From Deltaproteobacteria bacterium (GTDB taxonomy: Bacteria; Desulfobacterota; Dissulfuribacteria; Dissulfuribacterales; DYLC01): 64,000 bases of DNA. The stretch is from assembly GCA_028695735.1 (NCBI GenBank), contig JAQVIJ010000004.1:64671-128670 (forward strand). Direction: 5' to 3'. A model generated the notes under the pieces. The model was not told where the DNA came from and did no database searches. It was given only the letters and a program-made list of their open reading frames with translations. Shown one piece after another: positions 17,580 to 26,534 of the stretch; the first letter of the stretch is position 1; each line of letters begins with the position of its first letter. The translations under genes and the position numbers were made by a program.

Positions 17580-20519
17580 ATGCACGCACAAACAAGACCC
17601 ACCCTCTCCCCACTGGCGCTGAAAGACGCCCCCGCTCTGATCGAGACGGTCTTTCCGGCGCAGAAGGTGTCCTTCGAGGCGCAGACCGAACGCAAGGCAG
17701 GCCGAGGACAGACCCTTACAGGGCTCGGCTCTTTTTGGAAAGGCCGCAAGCCCCTGATCCTGGTGCGGGCCATCGTGCTGGGCAGCCTGCTCCCCCCCAC
17801 CGATGACCCCGAGGCCGATCTCGCGGTGTTCGAAGCGCTGCTGGCCTTCGACGACGAGGGGCTGGCGCGGCGCGCGCTTGCCGCCAATGCGTTCTCGGCC
17901 GCCAAGCTGCAAGAGATGATCCCGATTGCCGACCCCGAGCGCTACTTCAGCGGTCGCGGCTGGCGGCGTGACGTGAGCAACGACGACAAGCTCGAATTGT
18001 ACCGCCGCGCGCTGGCGACACTGCCCAGCTACGAAGCCAAGGCCGCCCTGTGCAAGCGTCCCGAAGAAGTGGATCAGGACTGGCTCTATGCGCCTGTATG
18101 GCCCAAGGTCAACCGCCACTATGCGCACTTAGGTATCGATGCGCATTCGTTCCCGCAGCTCATCGAGCAACTGGGCATCCTGCGCTATGGGCATCGTCCG
18201 CGCGTCGGCGACACTTTCTGCGGCGGCGGCTCCATCCCCTTCGAGGCGGCGCGTATCGGTTGCGACGTCTATGCCTCCGACCTGAACCCCATCGCCTGCA
18301 TGCTCACCTGGGGGGCGCTGAACATCATCGGCGCCAATCCGCAACGTCGTGCTGAACTTGAACAGGCACAACGTGAAGTCGCTCAGGCGGTGGATGCGGA
18401 AATCACCCGGCTGGGTATCGAGCACGACGAATACGGCAACCGCGCCAAGGCGTATCTCTATTGCCTGGAGACGCGCTGCCCTGAAACGGGTTGGATGGTG
18501 CCGCTCGCCCCCAGTTGGGTCATTTCCAAGACGCGCAATGTGATCGCCCGCTTGGTTCCCGATTCGTCCGCCAAGCGCTTTGTGATCGAGATCGTAAGCG
18601 GCGTGAGTGACGCAGAACTCAAGGCCGCCGAGCGCGGCACGGTGCAGGACGGCGATATGGTCTATGAACTCGACGGCAAGAGCTATCGCACCCCCATCAA
18701 GACCCTGCGCGGGGACTATCGGCTGCCTGATGGCAGCACGGGCAATCGGCTGCGCCGCTGGGAAAAACACGATTTCAAGCCGCGCCCGGAAGACATCTTC
18801 CAGGAGCGGCTCTATTGCATCCAGTGGATCAAGAAGGAAACGATCGACGCCGCCCGCCAAGAGACCTGGTTTGCCGAGCCCACCGAGGCGGACCTGGAAC
18901 GTGAGCGCAAGGTGGAGACCATCGTCGCCAAGAACCTTACCCGCTGGCAGGAAGAAGGCTTGGTGCCCGACATGGCCATCGAGCCGGGGTACAACACCGA
19001 CCAGCCGATCCGCGAGCGCGGCTGGACGCATTGGCATCACTTGTTCAATGCGCGGCAACTGCACATGCTGCAAGCTATCTTGCACCATGGGCGGACTACT
19101 TTCACTTGGCTGGCTATCCTAGGCATCTTGAATTTGCAGTCCAAGCTGTGTGCATGGCATAACGATGGACGGAAGGGAGGGCTTCAGAATGCGTTTTATA
19201 ATCAGGCGCTGAATACGCTCTTTAACTGGGGTTCGCGTGGGCTGATTGATCTCATTGATTACATCCAACTTGACACCAAGAGCTCGCCCGTACGTCAATC
19301 ACTCAGACTGAGCGCAGTCCCAGCTGATCAACTCACCGATCATGCGGAGATTTGGATCACCGACCCCCCCTACGCCGACGCGGTGAACTACCACGAGATC
19401 ACTGAGTTCTTCATTGCCTGGCTGCGCAAGAACCCGCCCAAGCCGTTCGACGAATGGGTGTGGGATTCGCGCCGGGCGCTGGCGATCAAAGGCGCGGGTG
19501 AAGACTTCCGCCGTGGCATGGTGGCCGCCTACCGGGCCATGCGTGAGCACATGCCCGACAACGGCCTACAGTGCGTGATGTTCACCCACCAGGACACCGG
19601 CGTCTGGGGCGACCTGATCGGCATCTTCTGGGCGGCAGGCCTGCAAGTGGTGGCCGCCTGGTATATCGCCACCGAGACCACCTCCGAACTCAAGAAAGGC
19701 GGCTACGTCCAGGGCACCGTGATCCTGATGCTCAAGAAGCGCCCGCCCGGCGAGCGGCCTGGCTTCAAGCAGCGCCTGTTGCCCGCGGTGCGTCAAGAGG
19801 TGGCGCGGCAGATCGAGACCATGATGCACCTGAACGATACGGTGAAGGCGCATTACGGCGAGCCGGTGTGGAGCGACGCCGACCTGCAGATGGCGGGCTA
19901 TGCGGCGGCACTGAAGGTGCTCACGGCCTACACACACATCGGTGGCGAGGACGTGACGACTTTCGCGCTGCGCCCGCGTGCCCGCGGGGAGGTGACCGTC
20001 GTCGATGAGATCGTCCAGCAGGCGGCAGAGACGGCTTCGAGCCTCTTGGTGCCTGAAGGCCTGGCCCCAGACACCTGGGGGCGGCTGACCGGCATCGAAC
20101 GATTCATGTTGCGGATGCTGGACATGGAGACGACTGGCCCGACCAAGCTGGACAACTACCAGAACTTCGCCAAAGCCTTCCGTGTGGAGGACTACAGCCG
20201 CGTGATGGGCGATGTGCGCCCCAACCACGCACGCCTAAAGCGCGTCACCGAGTTCTCCTCCCGCGATTTGACCGAGTCCACGGAGATCGGTGCCACCCGA
20301 CTAGGGCGACTGATCATCGCCTTGCAGCAACTGCTGAAGGACACCGAGCCGCAGGTCATCGTCGAACAGCTCAAGCACGAGATGGCCGACTTCCTGGAGG
20401 TGCGGCCGCTTTTGGTGGACCTGCTGGCCTTTATCGAGCGCAAGTCGCCGGAACCCGAGGTGCGAAATGCCGCCGAGGTGGTGGGTGCGCGGCTTAAAAA
20501 TTTGAGATTTGGGGAGTAA
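17580..20519 (+). CDS. DUF1156-type DNA methyltransferase (N6A/N4C class, DPPY)
   Basis: 979 aa. N-terminal ETVFPAQKVSFEAQTERKAGRGQTLTGLGSFWKGRKPL (DUF1156 pattern), SAM motif DTFCGGGSIPFEAARIG, and catalytic WITDPPYADAVNYHE. Confidence 0.8.
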   Translation: MHAQTRPTLSPLALKDAPALIETVFPAQKVSFEAQTERKAGRGQTLTGLGSFWKGRKPLILVRAIVLGSLLPPTDDPEADLAVFEALLAFDDEGLARRALAANAFSAAKLQEMIPIADPERYFSGRGWRRDVSNDDKLELYRRALATLPSYEAKAALCKRPEEVDQDWLYAPVWPKVNRHYAHLGIDAHSFPQLIEQLGILRYGHRPRVGDTFCGGGSIPFEAARIGCDVYASDLNPIACMLTWGALNIIGANPQRRAELEQAQREVAQAVDAEITRLGIEHDEYGNRAKAYLYCLETRCPETGWMVPLAPSWVISKTRNVIARLVPDSSAKRFVIEIVSGVSDAELKAAERGTVQDGDMVYELDGKSYRTPIKTLRGDYRLPDGSTGNRLRRWEKHDFKPRPEDIFQERLYCIQWIKKETIDAARQETWFAEPTEADLERERKVETIVAKNLTRWQEEGLVPDMAIEPGYNTDQPIRERGWTHWHHLFNARQLHMLQAILHHGRTTFTWLAILGILNLQSKLCAWHNDGRKGGLQNAFYNQALNTLFNWGSRGLIDLIDYIQLDTKSSPVRQSLRLSAVPADQLTDHAEIWITDPPYADAVNYHEITEFFIAWLRKNPPKPFDEWVWDSRRALAIKGAGEDFRRGMVAAYRAMREHMPDNGLQCVMFTHQDTGVWGDLIGIFWAAGLQVVAAWYIATETTSELKKGGYVQGTVILMLKKRPPGERPGFKQRLLPAVRQEVARQIETMMHLNDTVKAHYGEPVWSDADLQMAGYAAALKVLTAYTHIGGEDVTTFALRPRARGEVTVVDEIVQQAAETASSLLVPEGLAPDTWGRLTGIERFMLRMLDMETTGPTKLDNYQNFAKAFRVEDYSRVMGDVRPNHARLKRVTEFSSRDLTESTEIGATRLGRLIIALQQLLKDTEPQVIVEQLKHEMADFLEVRPLLVDLLAFIERKSPEPEVRNAAEVVGARLKNLRFGE

Positions 20520-20523
20520 AGAG

Positions 20524-20937
20524 ATGAAATCCGATTTTTTGGATGCCCACGAACGCCATTGGCAAGACGCCGAAACGCTCTTTTGGAGGAAGCGCTGGGC
20601 TAATGCAGATCATCTTTATGGCATGGCGGCCGAGTGTGGATTGAAACGCTTGATGCTGGCCTTTGGGATGCCATATGACACCCAAAATGATCGCCCTGAA
20701 GAAAAAGAGGATCGGGTCCACGCCAACGGCATCTGGGCACGCTTCGAGAGCTACAGCGGCTATCACCAGGGTGCCGGCTACGCGTTGCCAGCGCCCAATC
20801 CTTTCGGCAATTGGGATGTGGCGCAGCGTTATGCCCACCAATCCAACTTTGACCGTGAGCGAGTGGATGCGCATCGCAAAGGTGCCAATTCGGTGCGCGG
20901 CCTGGTCCATAAGGCGCTGCTGGATGGGTTAATATGA
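20524..20937 (+). CDS. Hypothetical 137-aa helical protein (possible HEPN-like, speculative)
   Basis: ATG 20524 lies 7 nt after a ggggag SD. Helix-rich sequence with an R-x5-H (RERVDAH) near the C-terminus. No confident family match. Confidence 0.5.
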   Translation: MKSDFLDAHERHWQDAETLFWRKRWANADHLYGMAAECGLKRLMLAFGMPYDTQNDRPEEKEDRVHANGIWARFESYSGYHQGAGYALPAPNPFGNWDVAQRYAHQSNFDRERVDAHRKGANSVRGLVHKALLDGLI

Positions 20938-22253
20938 TGACTTTCGACGAGATTCTGCCAACAGTTCGAGAAATGCTTGACGCGCATCAAGCAGATGTGA
21001 AACGGATCGATTGGTTGCTCATCAACCGAGATCTTTATGGTCGGGTGCGGTTGATCGCCCCGGAAACTGCGCGGGAGGATGACGCCTCTCGCACCGCCCT
21101 GGAAACACTGGCGGTGCGCTTCGCCGAGCGGCTCGGTGCACATGCCTACCCGCCCGACTTGGCCATTCTCTATGAAGCCGATAAAAAGCTGGCTTTCCAG
21201 GGCGCCGCAGCCTTCCGGCTCGAAGGCCATGACAACGTGTGGTTGGTGGACCGCCTGGCGACCGAGAGCAACTGGGCAAGCATTGCGCCAGAAAGCACGG
21301 GTGCGCCGCGAGTCGTCTTCTTTTCCATCAAAGGAGGCGTGGGGCGATCGACCGCAGTGGCGGCTTGTGCATGGAAATTGGCGCAGTTGGGCAAACGGGT
21401 GCTGGTTCTCGATCTGGACCTGGAATCTCCTGGGCTATCGACTCATCTACTCCCATTCGAGCGCCAGCCTCGCTATGGGATCACCGATTGGCTGGTCGAG
21501 GACCTCGTGGATAACGGGCAGAGCGTATTCGAGGAGATGTACGCCACCAGTGAATTAGCTCGGGACGGAGAGATTTACGTCGTGCCTGCCCACGGTAGAG
21601 AAGCGGGCGAATATGTGGCTAAACTGGGCAGAGTATGGATGCCAAAAATCCATTCGGAAGGGAGGCGTGACTCATGGTCTCGCCGTTTGCAGCGCCTCTT
21701 GCAGGCGTTGGAAGAGCGTCTCCGTCCGGATGTGATCTTGATCGACTCGCGTGCCGGAATCGATGAGATAGCCTCTGCCTGCGTGACCGATCTATGTGCG
21801 AACCTGGTGTTGTTATTCGCACTGGATGGCAATCAGACCTGGAGCGGTTACCGGATTCTCTTCCAGCATTGGTTGCGCGCCGGCGTTGCGCAGGAGATAC
21901 GCAAAAGATTGCAGATCGTCGCTGCTTTGGTGCCTGAAATCGCCCCTTCTGATTATTTGGCTGATTTGCGTGAACATGCCTATGATCTCTTCCTCGATAC
22001 CTTGTACGACGAGATCGAACCTGCGGATACCGAGGGGTGGAGTTTCGACTTGGCGGATGAAACGGCGCCGCATCGACCGTTGGCGGTGCGCTGGCATCGT
22101 GGCTTTGCCGCCTTACGCACCCTGTATGGAAGGTTTGAGCAGATCGATGAGAATGAGATTCGGCTTGTATTTGGCGATTTGATCGATTTCCTCTTGTATT
22201 ATTTGGAGTGGGGTGATGGGTACATCCAAGTTATCGATGGAGGTAGGTTTTGA
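20934..22253 (+). CDS. ParA/MinD-like ATPase with a deviant KGGVGR Walker A and an unknown ~125-aa N-terminal domain
   Basis: VVFFSIKGGVGRSTAVAACAWKLAQLGKRVLVLDLDLESPGL, and Walker B-like VILIDSRAGIDE. ATGA overlap with the upstream gene. Confidence 0.7.
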   Translation: MMTFDEILPTVREMLDAHQADVKRIDWLLINRDLYGRVRLIAPETAREDDASRTALETLAVRFAERLGAHAYPPDLAILYEADKKLAFQGAAAFRLEGHDNVWLVDRLATESNWASIAPESTGAPRVVFFSIKGGVGRSTAVAACAWKLAQLGKRVLVLDLDLESPGLSTHLLPFERQPRYGITDWLVEDLVDNGQSVFEEMYATSELARDGEIYVVPAHGREAGEYVAKLGRVWMPKIHSEGRRDSWSRRLQRLLQALEERLRPDVILIDSRAGIDEIASACVTDLCANLVLLFALDGNQTWSGYRILFQHWLRAGVAQEIRKRLQIVAALVPEIAPSDYLADLREHAYDLFLDTLYDEIEPADTEGWSFDLADETAPHRPLAVRWHRGFAALRTLYGRFEQIDENEIRLVFGDLIDFLLYYLEWGDGYIQVIDGGRF

Positions 22254-23662
22254 GTAATGAAATTGCCATGATCAATACATACGTCCTGCGGGAAGCCATT
22301 CTCGCCGCACCATTGGAAACCAGCAATTTCGGAGAGGTGCCAAACGCCGGACAGCTCTATGTGCCGCCTTCGCACCTCAAGGCGCTACGCCTGGAAGCGC
22401 AGATCGTCGTGGGTGGTCGTGGCGTGGGCAAGTCATTCTGGACGGGCGTGTTGCAGTCGGATTCACTGCGTTCCTTGGTTAGCAAGGATGCGCAGGAACT
22501 TGCTGATGTAGTGGTTCGGGTCGGTTTTGCGGCTTCAGAAAACATGGCCATGTACCCAAACGCCGATGTCTTTGCAAACTTTCTCGATAAAGAAGGAGAC
22601 CCCTACGATTTGTGGCGCGCTGTGATACTGCGTTGGGTCGCAGAGATGTCTGGACAGAGGATTCCCTGCCAAAGCTGGATGGAGACCGTTGCCTGGATGA
22701 AGGATCAACCGGAAGACGCAGCGCTTCTGATGCAGCAGCCGCGAAACTGGCGTGGCTTGATCGTGTTCGATGCACTCGATCGCACCAGTAACGACTGGAA
22801 TCGGATGGATGTCATCGTACGTGGGCTGCTGCGCGCGATACTGTGGCTCAAGTCTTTCCGAGGACTCTACGGCAAGGTATTTCTGCGCGAAGACCAGGCG
22901 AAACGTACGGTATTCAACTTTCCCGATGCCTCGAAACTGATGGCGACTAAGGCCGAGTTGACCTGGGCCAGGCACGATCTGCACGGGTTGCTCTGGCAGC
23001 GCCTGATCAATGCCCCTAACGAGCATGGAGAAATCATGCGCAAGATTTGTGCCCACGAGCAGCGTGAAGGCATTTGGCGAGTCGCTGCTGAAATGACCCG
23101 TGATTCCGAAGCGCAGCGCAAGGCTTTCGAGCAGTTGGCTGGTCCTTGGATGGGGCGTGATAAGCGCCGTGGTGTTCCTTACACCTGGTCGGTCGGACAT
23201 CTGGCAGATGCCCGCGGCCAGACTTCCCCACGCTCGTTTCTTGCGGCTATTCGTCAGGCAGCGGAGGATTCAAGTGAGCGGTATCCTGATCACGACTATG
23301 CACTACATTACGAGAGCATCAAACGTGGTATTCAGAAGGCCTCAGAAATCAGGGTACAGGAAGTGGCGGAGGATTATCCTTGGATTAAGGACGTTCTCTC
23401 TGTTTTGAAGGGAATGAATGTGCCATGCGCTTACGAGGATATCGTGCAGCGTTGGCAGCAGCAATTTCCAGACGGACCCCAGGGTATATATTCAGAGCGG
23501 CTTCCGGCGCAACATGCCATTCAAGGCTGGGATGGGATTCGTGAGGACTTGATGCAGCTTGGACTGATCGAAGTTAAGAAAGATGGGCGCATCGATATGC
23601 CCGATCTTTACCGCGTGGGTTTCGGCTTGGGCCGCAAAGGCGGCGTGAAGCCCAGGAATTGA
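22250..23662 (+). CDS. P-loop NTPase of unknown function (resembles the family I recall as Sll1717-type)
   Basis: Walker A VVGGRGVGKSFWTG and Walker B LIVFDALDR. The TTG start at 22250 overlaps the upstream stop. An alternative ATG is at 22268. Confidence 0.6.
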   Translation: MSNEIAMINTYVLREAILAAPLETSNFGEVPNAGQLYVPPSHLKALRLEAQIVVGGRGVGKSFWTGVLQSDSLRSLVSKDAQELADVVVRVGFAASENMAMYPNADVFANFLDKEGDPYDLWRAVILRWVAEMSGQRIPCQSWMETVAWMKDQPEDAALLMQQPRNWRGLIVFDALDRTSNDWNRMDVIVRGLLRAILWLKSFRGLYGKVFLREDQAKRTVFNFPDASKLMATKAELTWARHDLHGLLWQRLINAPNEHGEIMRKICAHEQREGIWRVAAEMTRDSEAQRKAFEQLAGPWMGRDKRRGVPYTWSVGHLADARGQTSPRSFLAAIRQAAEDSSERYPDHDYALHYESIKRGIQKASEIRVQEVAEDYPWIKDVLSVLKGMNVPCAYEDIVQRWQQQFPDGPQGIYSERLPAQHAIQGWDGIREDLMQLGLIEVKKDGRIDMPDLYRVGFGLGRKGGVKPRN

Positions 23663-23668
23663 GGCGGG

Positions 23669-26422
23669 ATGGCCATTCGCCGCTTCTCCTCACGCACCCA
23701 CCGGCTCGATGTCAGCTTCCTGATGCAGCATCTGGTCGGTGCCAGGAGCTACAAGCGCATTGCCGGCTACTTCACTAGCTCGCTGTTCGAGGTGGCCGGC
23801 GAGGTGCTGGAAGAGATTCCGGAAGTCAAGATCGTCTGCAATGTGGACATTCACCCGGACGACCTGAAGGTGGCACAGTTGCGCGAAAGCAAGATGCTGG
23901 GCCGTTGGAACGAGCGCGGGATAGAGGCCGAGGCGCTCTTAAACCGCGAACGCTACCGGCGTCTGGATGCCTTTCTCCAGAAGCATGGGCAGGCGGTACG
24001 GGTCGCACCCGACGACATCTGTGGCTTCGTCCACGGCAAGGCCGGAGTGATCACGCTTGCCGATGGCCGCAGACTGGCTTTCATCGGGTCGATGAACGAG
24101 ACAAGAAGCGGCTGGCAGCGCCACTACGAAATCCTGTGGGAGGATGAGTCACCAGAGGGTGTTGCGTGGCTCGAGGAGGAGTTCGAATTCCTATGGAACG
24201 CCGCCAAGCCGCTGCCCCAGGCGGTCATTCGCGAGGTGCATCGCCGTGGCTATCGCCGCGAGGTGGTCTTCGATGAGATCGATGAGGACGAGAACCTTGC
24301 TCCCGCCGCCCTGATCGAGTCGCCGCTCTACCGCGAAGGGCAGCAACTTCAGCCTTGGCAGCAAGGGTTTTTGACCGAGTGTTTGCGCCACTACCGACTC
24401 TACGGCGTGGTGCGGCTGTTGCTCGCCGACGAGGTTGGCCTGGGCAAGACGCTGTCGCTCGCCACCGCTGCGCTGACGCTGTGCCTGCTGTCGGATAAGG
24501 AAAACGGTCCGCGCCGTCCGGTGGTGATCTTCGCTCCCGCCACTCTGACTGAGCAATGGCAGACCGAGATGCTGGACAAGCTGGGCATCCCGACCGCCCG
24601 GTGGGATACCGTGCGCAAGGTGTGGCTGGACGCGGAGGAGCGCGCCATTTCTCCGGCGGGCCGCGAGCAGGTGGCATGTTGTCCGCTGCGCATCGGCATC
24701 ATCTCCACTGGCCTCATGATGCGCGATTCATCGGAGAAGCAGCATCTCCTGGGCTTGCGATTTGGCGTGGTCATTCTGGACGAGGCGCACAAGGCGCGCA
24801 CGCGCCAAGGCTTTGGCAAGGAAGCCGGAACGCCGAACGAACTGCTGGCGTTCATGCGCGAGATCGCCGCCCGGGCCGATCACGTGCTGCTGGGAACGGC
24901 CACGCCGATTCAGACCAACCCTGTCGATCTGTGGGATCTGCTGGGCATCCTGCATCAGGGCTCGGAACGCTTCGTGCTGGGTCATGACCTTGCGCCATGG
25001 CACCGGCCAGAAGACGTGCTCGACATCCTGGCAGGCCGCGTTCAGGTGGAATCGCTGACCCATGCGTGGGAACTGTTGCGGTCGCCACTTCCGCGCATGG
25101 AATCAACCAGTGAGCCTCGCGCCCGGCGCTTGTTCTCGGCCATCCGGCAAGACCTGGGATTGCAAAGCGGGGAGTGGCAAACCAATCGTTCGCTGGCCGA
25201 TCTGACGGAAGAAACGCGGGAGATTCTGGAGGAGGAACTGGAGCGTCGCATAGCAGGTGCCACGCTATTCCAGCGCGAAAACCCTCTGGTACGCCATGTG
25301 GTACTGCGTAAGCGCCAGCAGCTCGAAGAAACGAAGGACAAGGATGGCAGACCCTTGCTGACCCCCGTAGGTGTGGATGTTCATCCCGACCGCGACAAGG
25401 TCATGGAGCAGCGCGGCTTCGATGCCTTGTTTGAAGGCAAGGCATTGCGCACCTCGGAGGACTTCCGCCAGGCTTATTGCGAGGCCCGCGCTTTTGGCAA
25501 GGCGCTGGCCAAACGCGGCAGGGGCAGCGGCTTCATGAAGAACCTGCTGGAACAGCGCATCTGTTCCAGCATTCAGGCAGGACTTGCAACAGCTCAAAGG
25601 CTTTTGCAAGGAGATGCCTTACATGAGGAAGGGGACGAGTTCGAGACAGACCTGAAAGTCGAAACGGACGAAGAACGCAAGATTCTTGAGCATCTGATCG
25701 ACCGTCTCCAGCGGCTAAGTAGCGATCCCAAGATGGAGGCCGTGATCCACTTTCTTGACAAGGAGAAGTGGCTGAATCTTGGCGTGATCATCTTCAGCCA
25801 GTACTACGACACCGCCAAATGGCTTGCAGATGAACTTGCCGCACGATATTCCGAGGAGGCCATAGGCCTCTATGCGGGTGCAGGACGCAGCCGCCTCTAC
25901 CAACGAAGTGACAGCGTTGCTGTGGAGCGTGAGACCCTAAAGCGCATGGTCGCCGAGCACCAGATTCGAATCATGGTGGCGACGGATGCTGCATGTGAGG
26001 GTCTCAATCTACAGACGCTCGGCACTTTGATCAATGTGGACCTACCGTGGAATCCGACGCGATTGGAACAGCGCCTTGGCAGAATCAAGCGCTTTGGCCA
26101 AAGGCGAGAAACCGTTGACATGCTCAACCTGGTCTTTGAACAGACGGTTGATGAGAAGATATACCAAAGGCTGTCCGAGCGTATGCGTAACCGCTATGAC
26201 TTATTTGGGTCCCTGCCTGATACTATCAAAGACGAGTGGATTGAGGACATCGAGTCCCTTGGAGAAAAACTGGATGAATATATCAACGCCCAGAAAAGGG
26301 CGACTGGCTTTGATCTACGCTACACGGCAACCATGAGTCCCCAGGATAGAGAGTGGCGGGACTGCACAGAGGTTTTGTCACGACGGGATGTGGTGCAGTT
26401 AATGACCACCCCCTGGAACTGA
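23669..26422 (+). CDS. PLD-family nuclease domain fused to an SNF2/DEAH helicase
   Basis: Single HKD motif (FVHGKAGVITL..GSMNET). Helicase motif I LLADEVGLGKT, motif II VILDEAHKAR, and C-terminal LATDAACEGLNLQ..NVDLPWNP..EQRLGRIKRFGQ. Confidence 0.8.
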   Translation: MAIRRFSSRTHRLDVSFLMQHLVGARSYKRIAGYFTSSLFEVAGEVLEEIPEVKIVCNVDIHPDDLKVAQLRESKMLGRWNERGIEAEALLNRERYRRLDAFLQKHGQAVRVAPDDICGFVHGKAGVITLADGRRLAFIGSMNETRSGWQRHYEILWEDESPEGVAWLEEEFEFLWNAAKPLPQAVIREVHRRGYRREVVFDEIDEDENLAPAALIESPLYREGQQLQPWQQGFLTECLRHYRLYGVVRLLLADEVGLGKTLSLATAALTLCLLSDKENGPRRPVVIFAPATLTEQWQTEMLDKLGIPTARWDTVRKVWLDAEERAISPAGREQVACCPLRIGIISTGLMMRDSSEKQHLLGLRFGVVILDEAHKARTRQGFGKEAGTPNELLAFMREIAARADHVLLGTATPIQTNPVDLWDLLGILHQGSERFVLGHDLAPWHRPEDVLDILAGRVQVESLTHAWELLRSPLPRMESTSEPRARRLFSAIRQDLGLQSGEWQTNRSLADLTEETREILEEELERRIAGATLFQRENPLVRHVVLRKRQQLEETKDKDGRPLLTPVGVDVHPDRDKVMEQRGFDALFEGKALRTSEDFRQAYCEARAFGKALAKRGRGSGFMKNLLEQRICSSIQAGLATAQRLLQGDALHEEGDEFETDLKVETDEERKILEHLIDRLQRLSSDPKMEAVIHFLDKEKWLNLGVIIFSQYYDTAKWLADELAARYSEEAIGLYAGAGRSRLYQRSDSVAVERETLKRMVAEHQIRIMVATDAACEGLNLQTLGTLINVDLPWNPTRLEQRLGRIKRFGQRRETVDMLNLVFEQTVDEKIYQRLSERMRNRYDLFGSLPDTIKDEWIEDIESLGEKLDEYINAQKRATGFDLRYTATMSPQDREWRDCTEVLSRRDVVQLMTTPWN

Positions 26423-26534
26423 CCTTCTCCTGTTCTTCTTGGGCCTTTCGTGCTATCATATTCAGCATGTCGATGAGCCATGCCGCAGACGGACACCTCC
26501 ATCCGTATATTCAGGGGTCATTAGAAGAGATATT
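26418..26534 (+). repeat. Right copy of the perfect 117-bp direct repeat
   Basis: Identical to 11797-11913. It starts 2 nt before the TGA of the helicase gene and contains the start codon of the next gene. Confidence 0.95.

Larger units (their letters stand above)
11914..26417. mobile_element. GC-rich genomic (defence) island without a recognisable recombinase, delimited by the 117-bp direct repeats
   Basis: Flanking direct repeats, a compositional shift, accessory defence-type cargo, and target gene 5' end regenerated at the right junction. Confidence 0.6.

Noticed and set aside
14252-20228. Long antisense ORFs inside the island (14252-15277, 16490-17905, 17511-18128, 18129-19088, 19566-20228).
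   Set aside because: These are typical stop-codon-poor shadow frames of GC-rich DNA. Each lies fully opposite a sense gene with clear catalytic motifs and operon coupling, and none shows a recognisable motif.
26353-26466. 38-codon extension of the Dna2-like ORF reaching into the helicase gene.
   Set aside because: The direct-repeat copy at 11846 shows that the conserved unit starts at ATG MSMSHAADG. The extension exists only because of the island junction.
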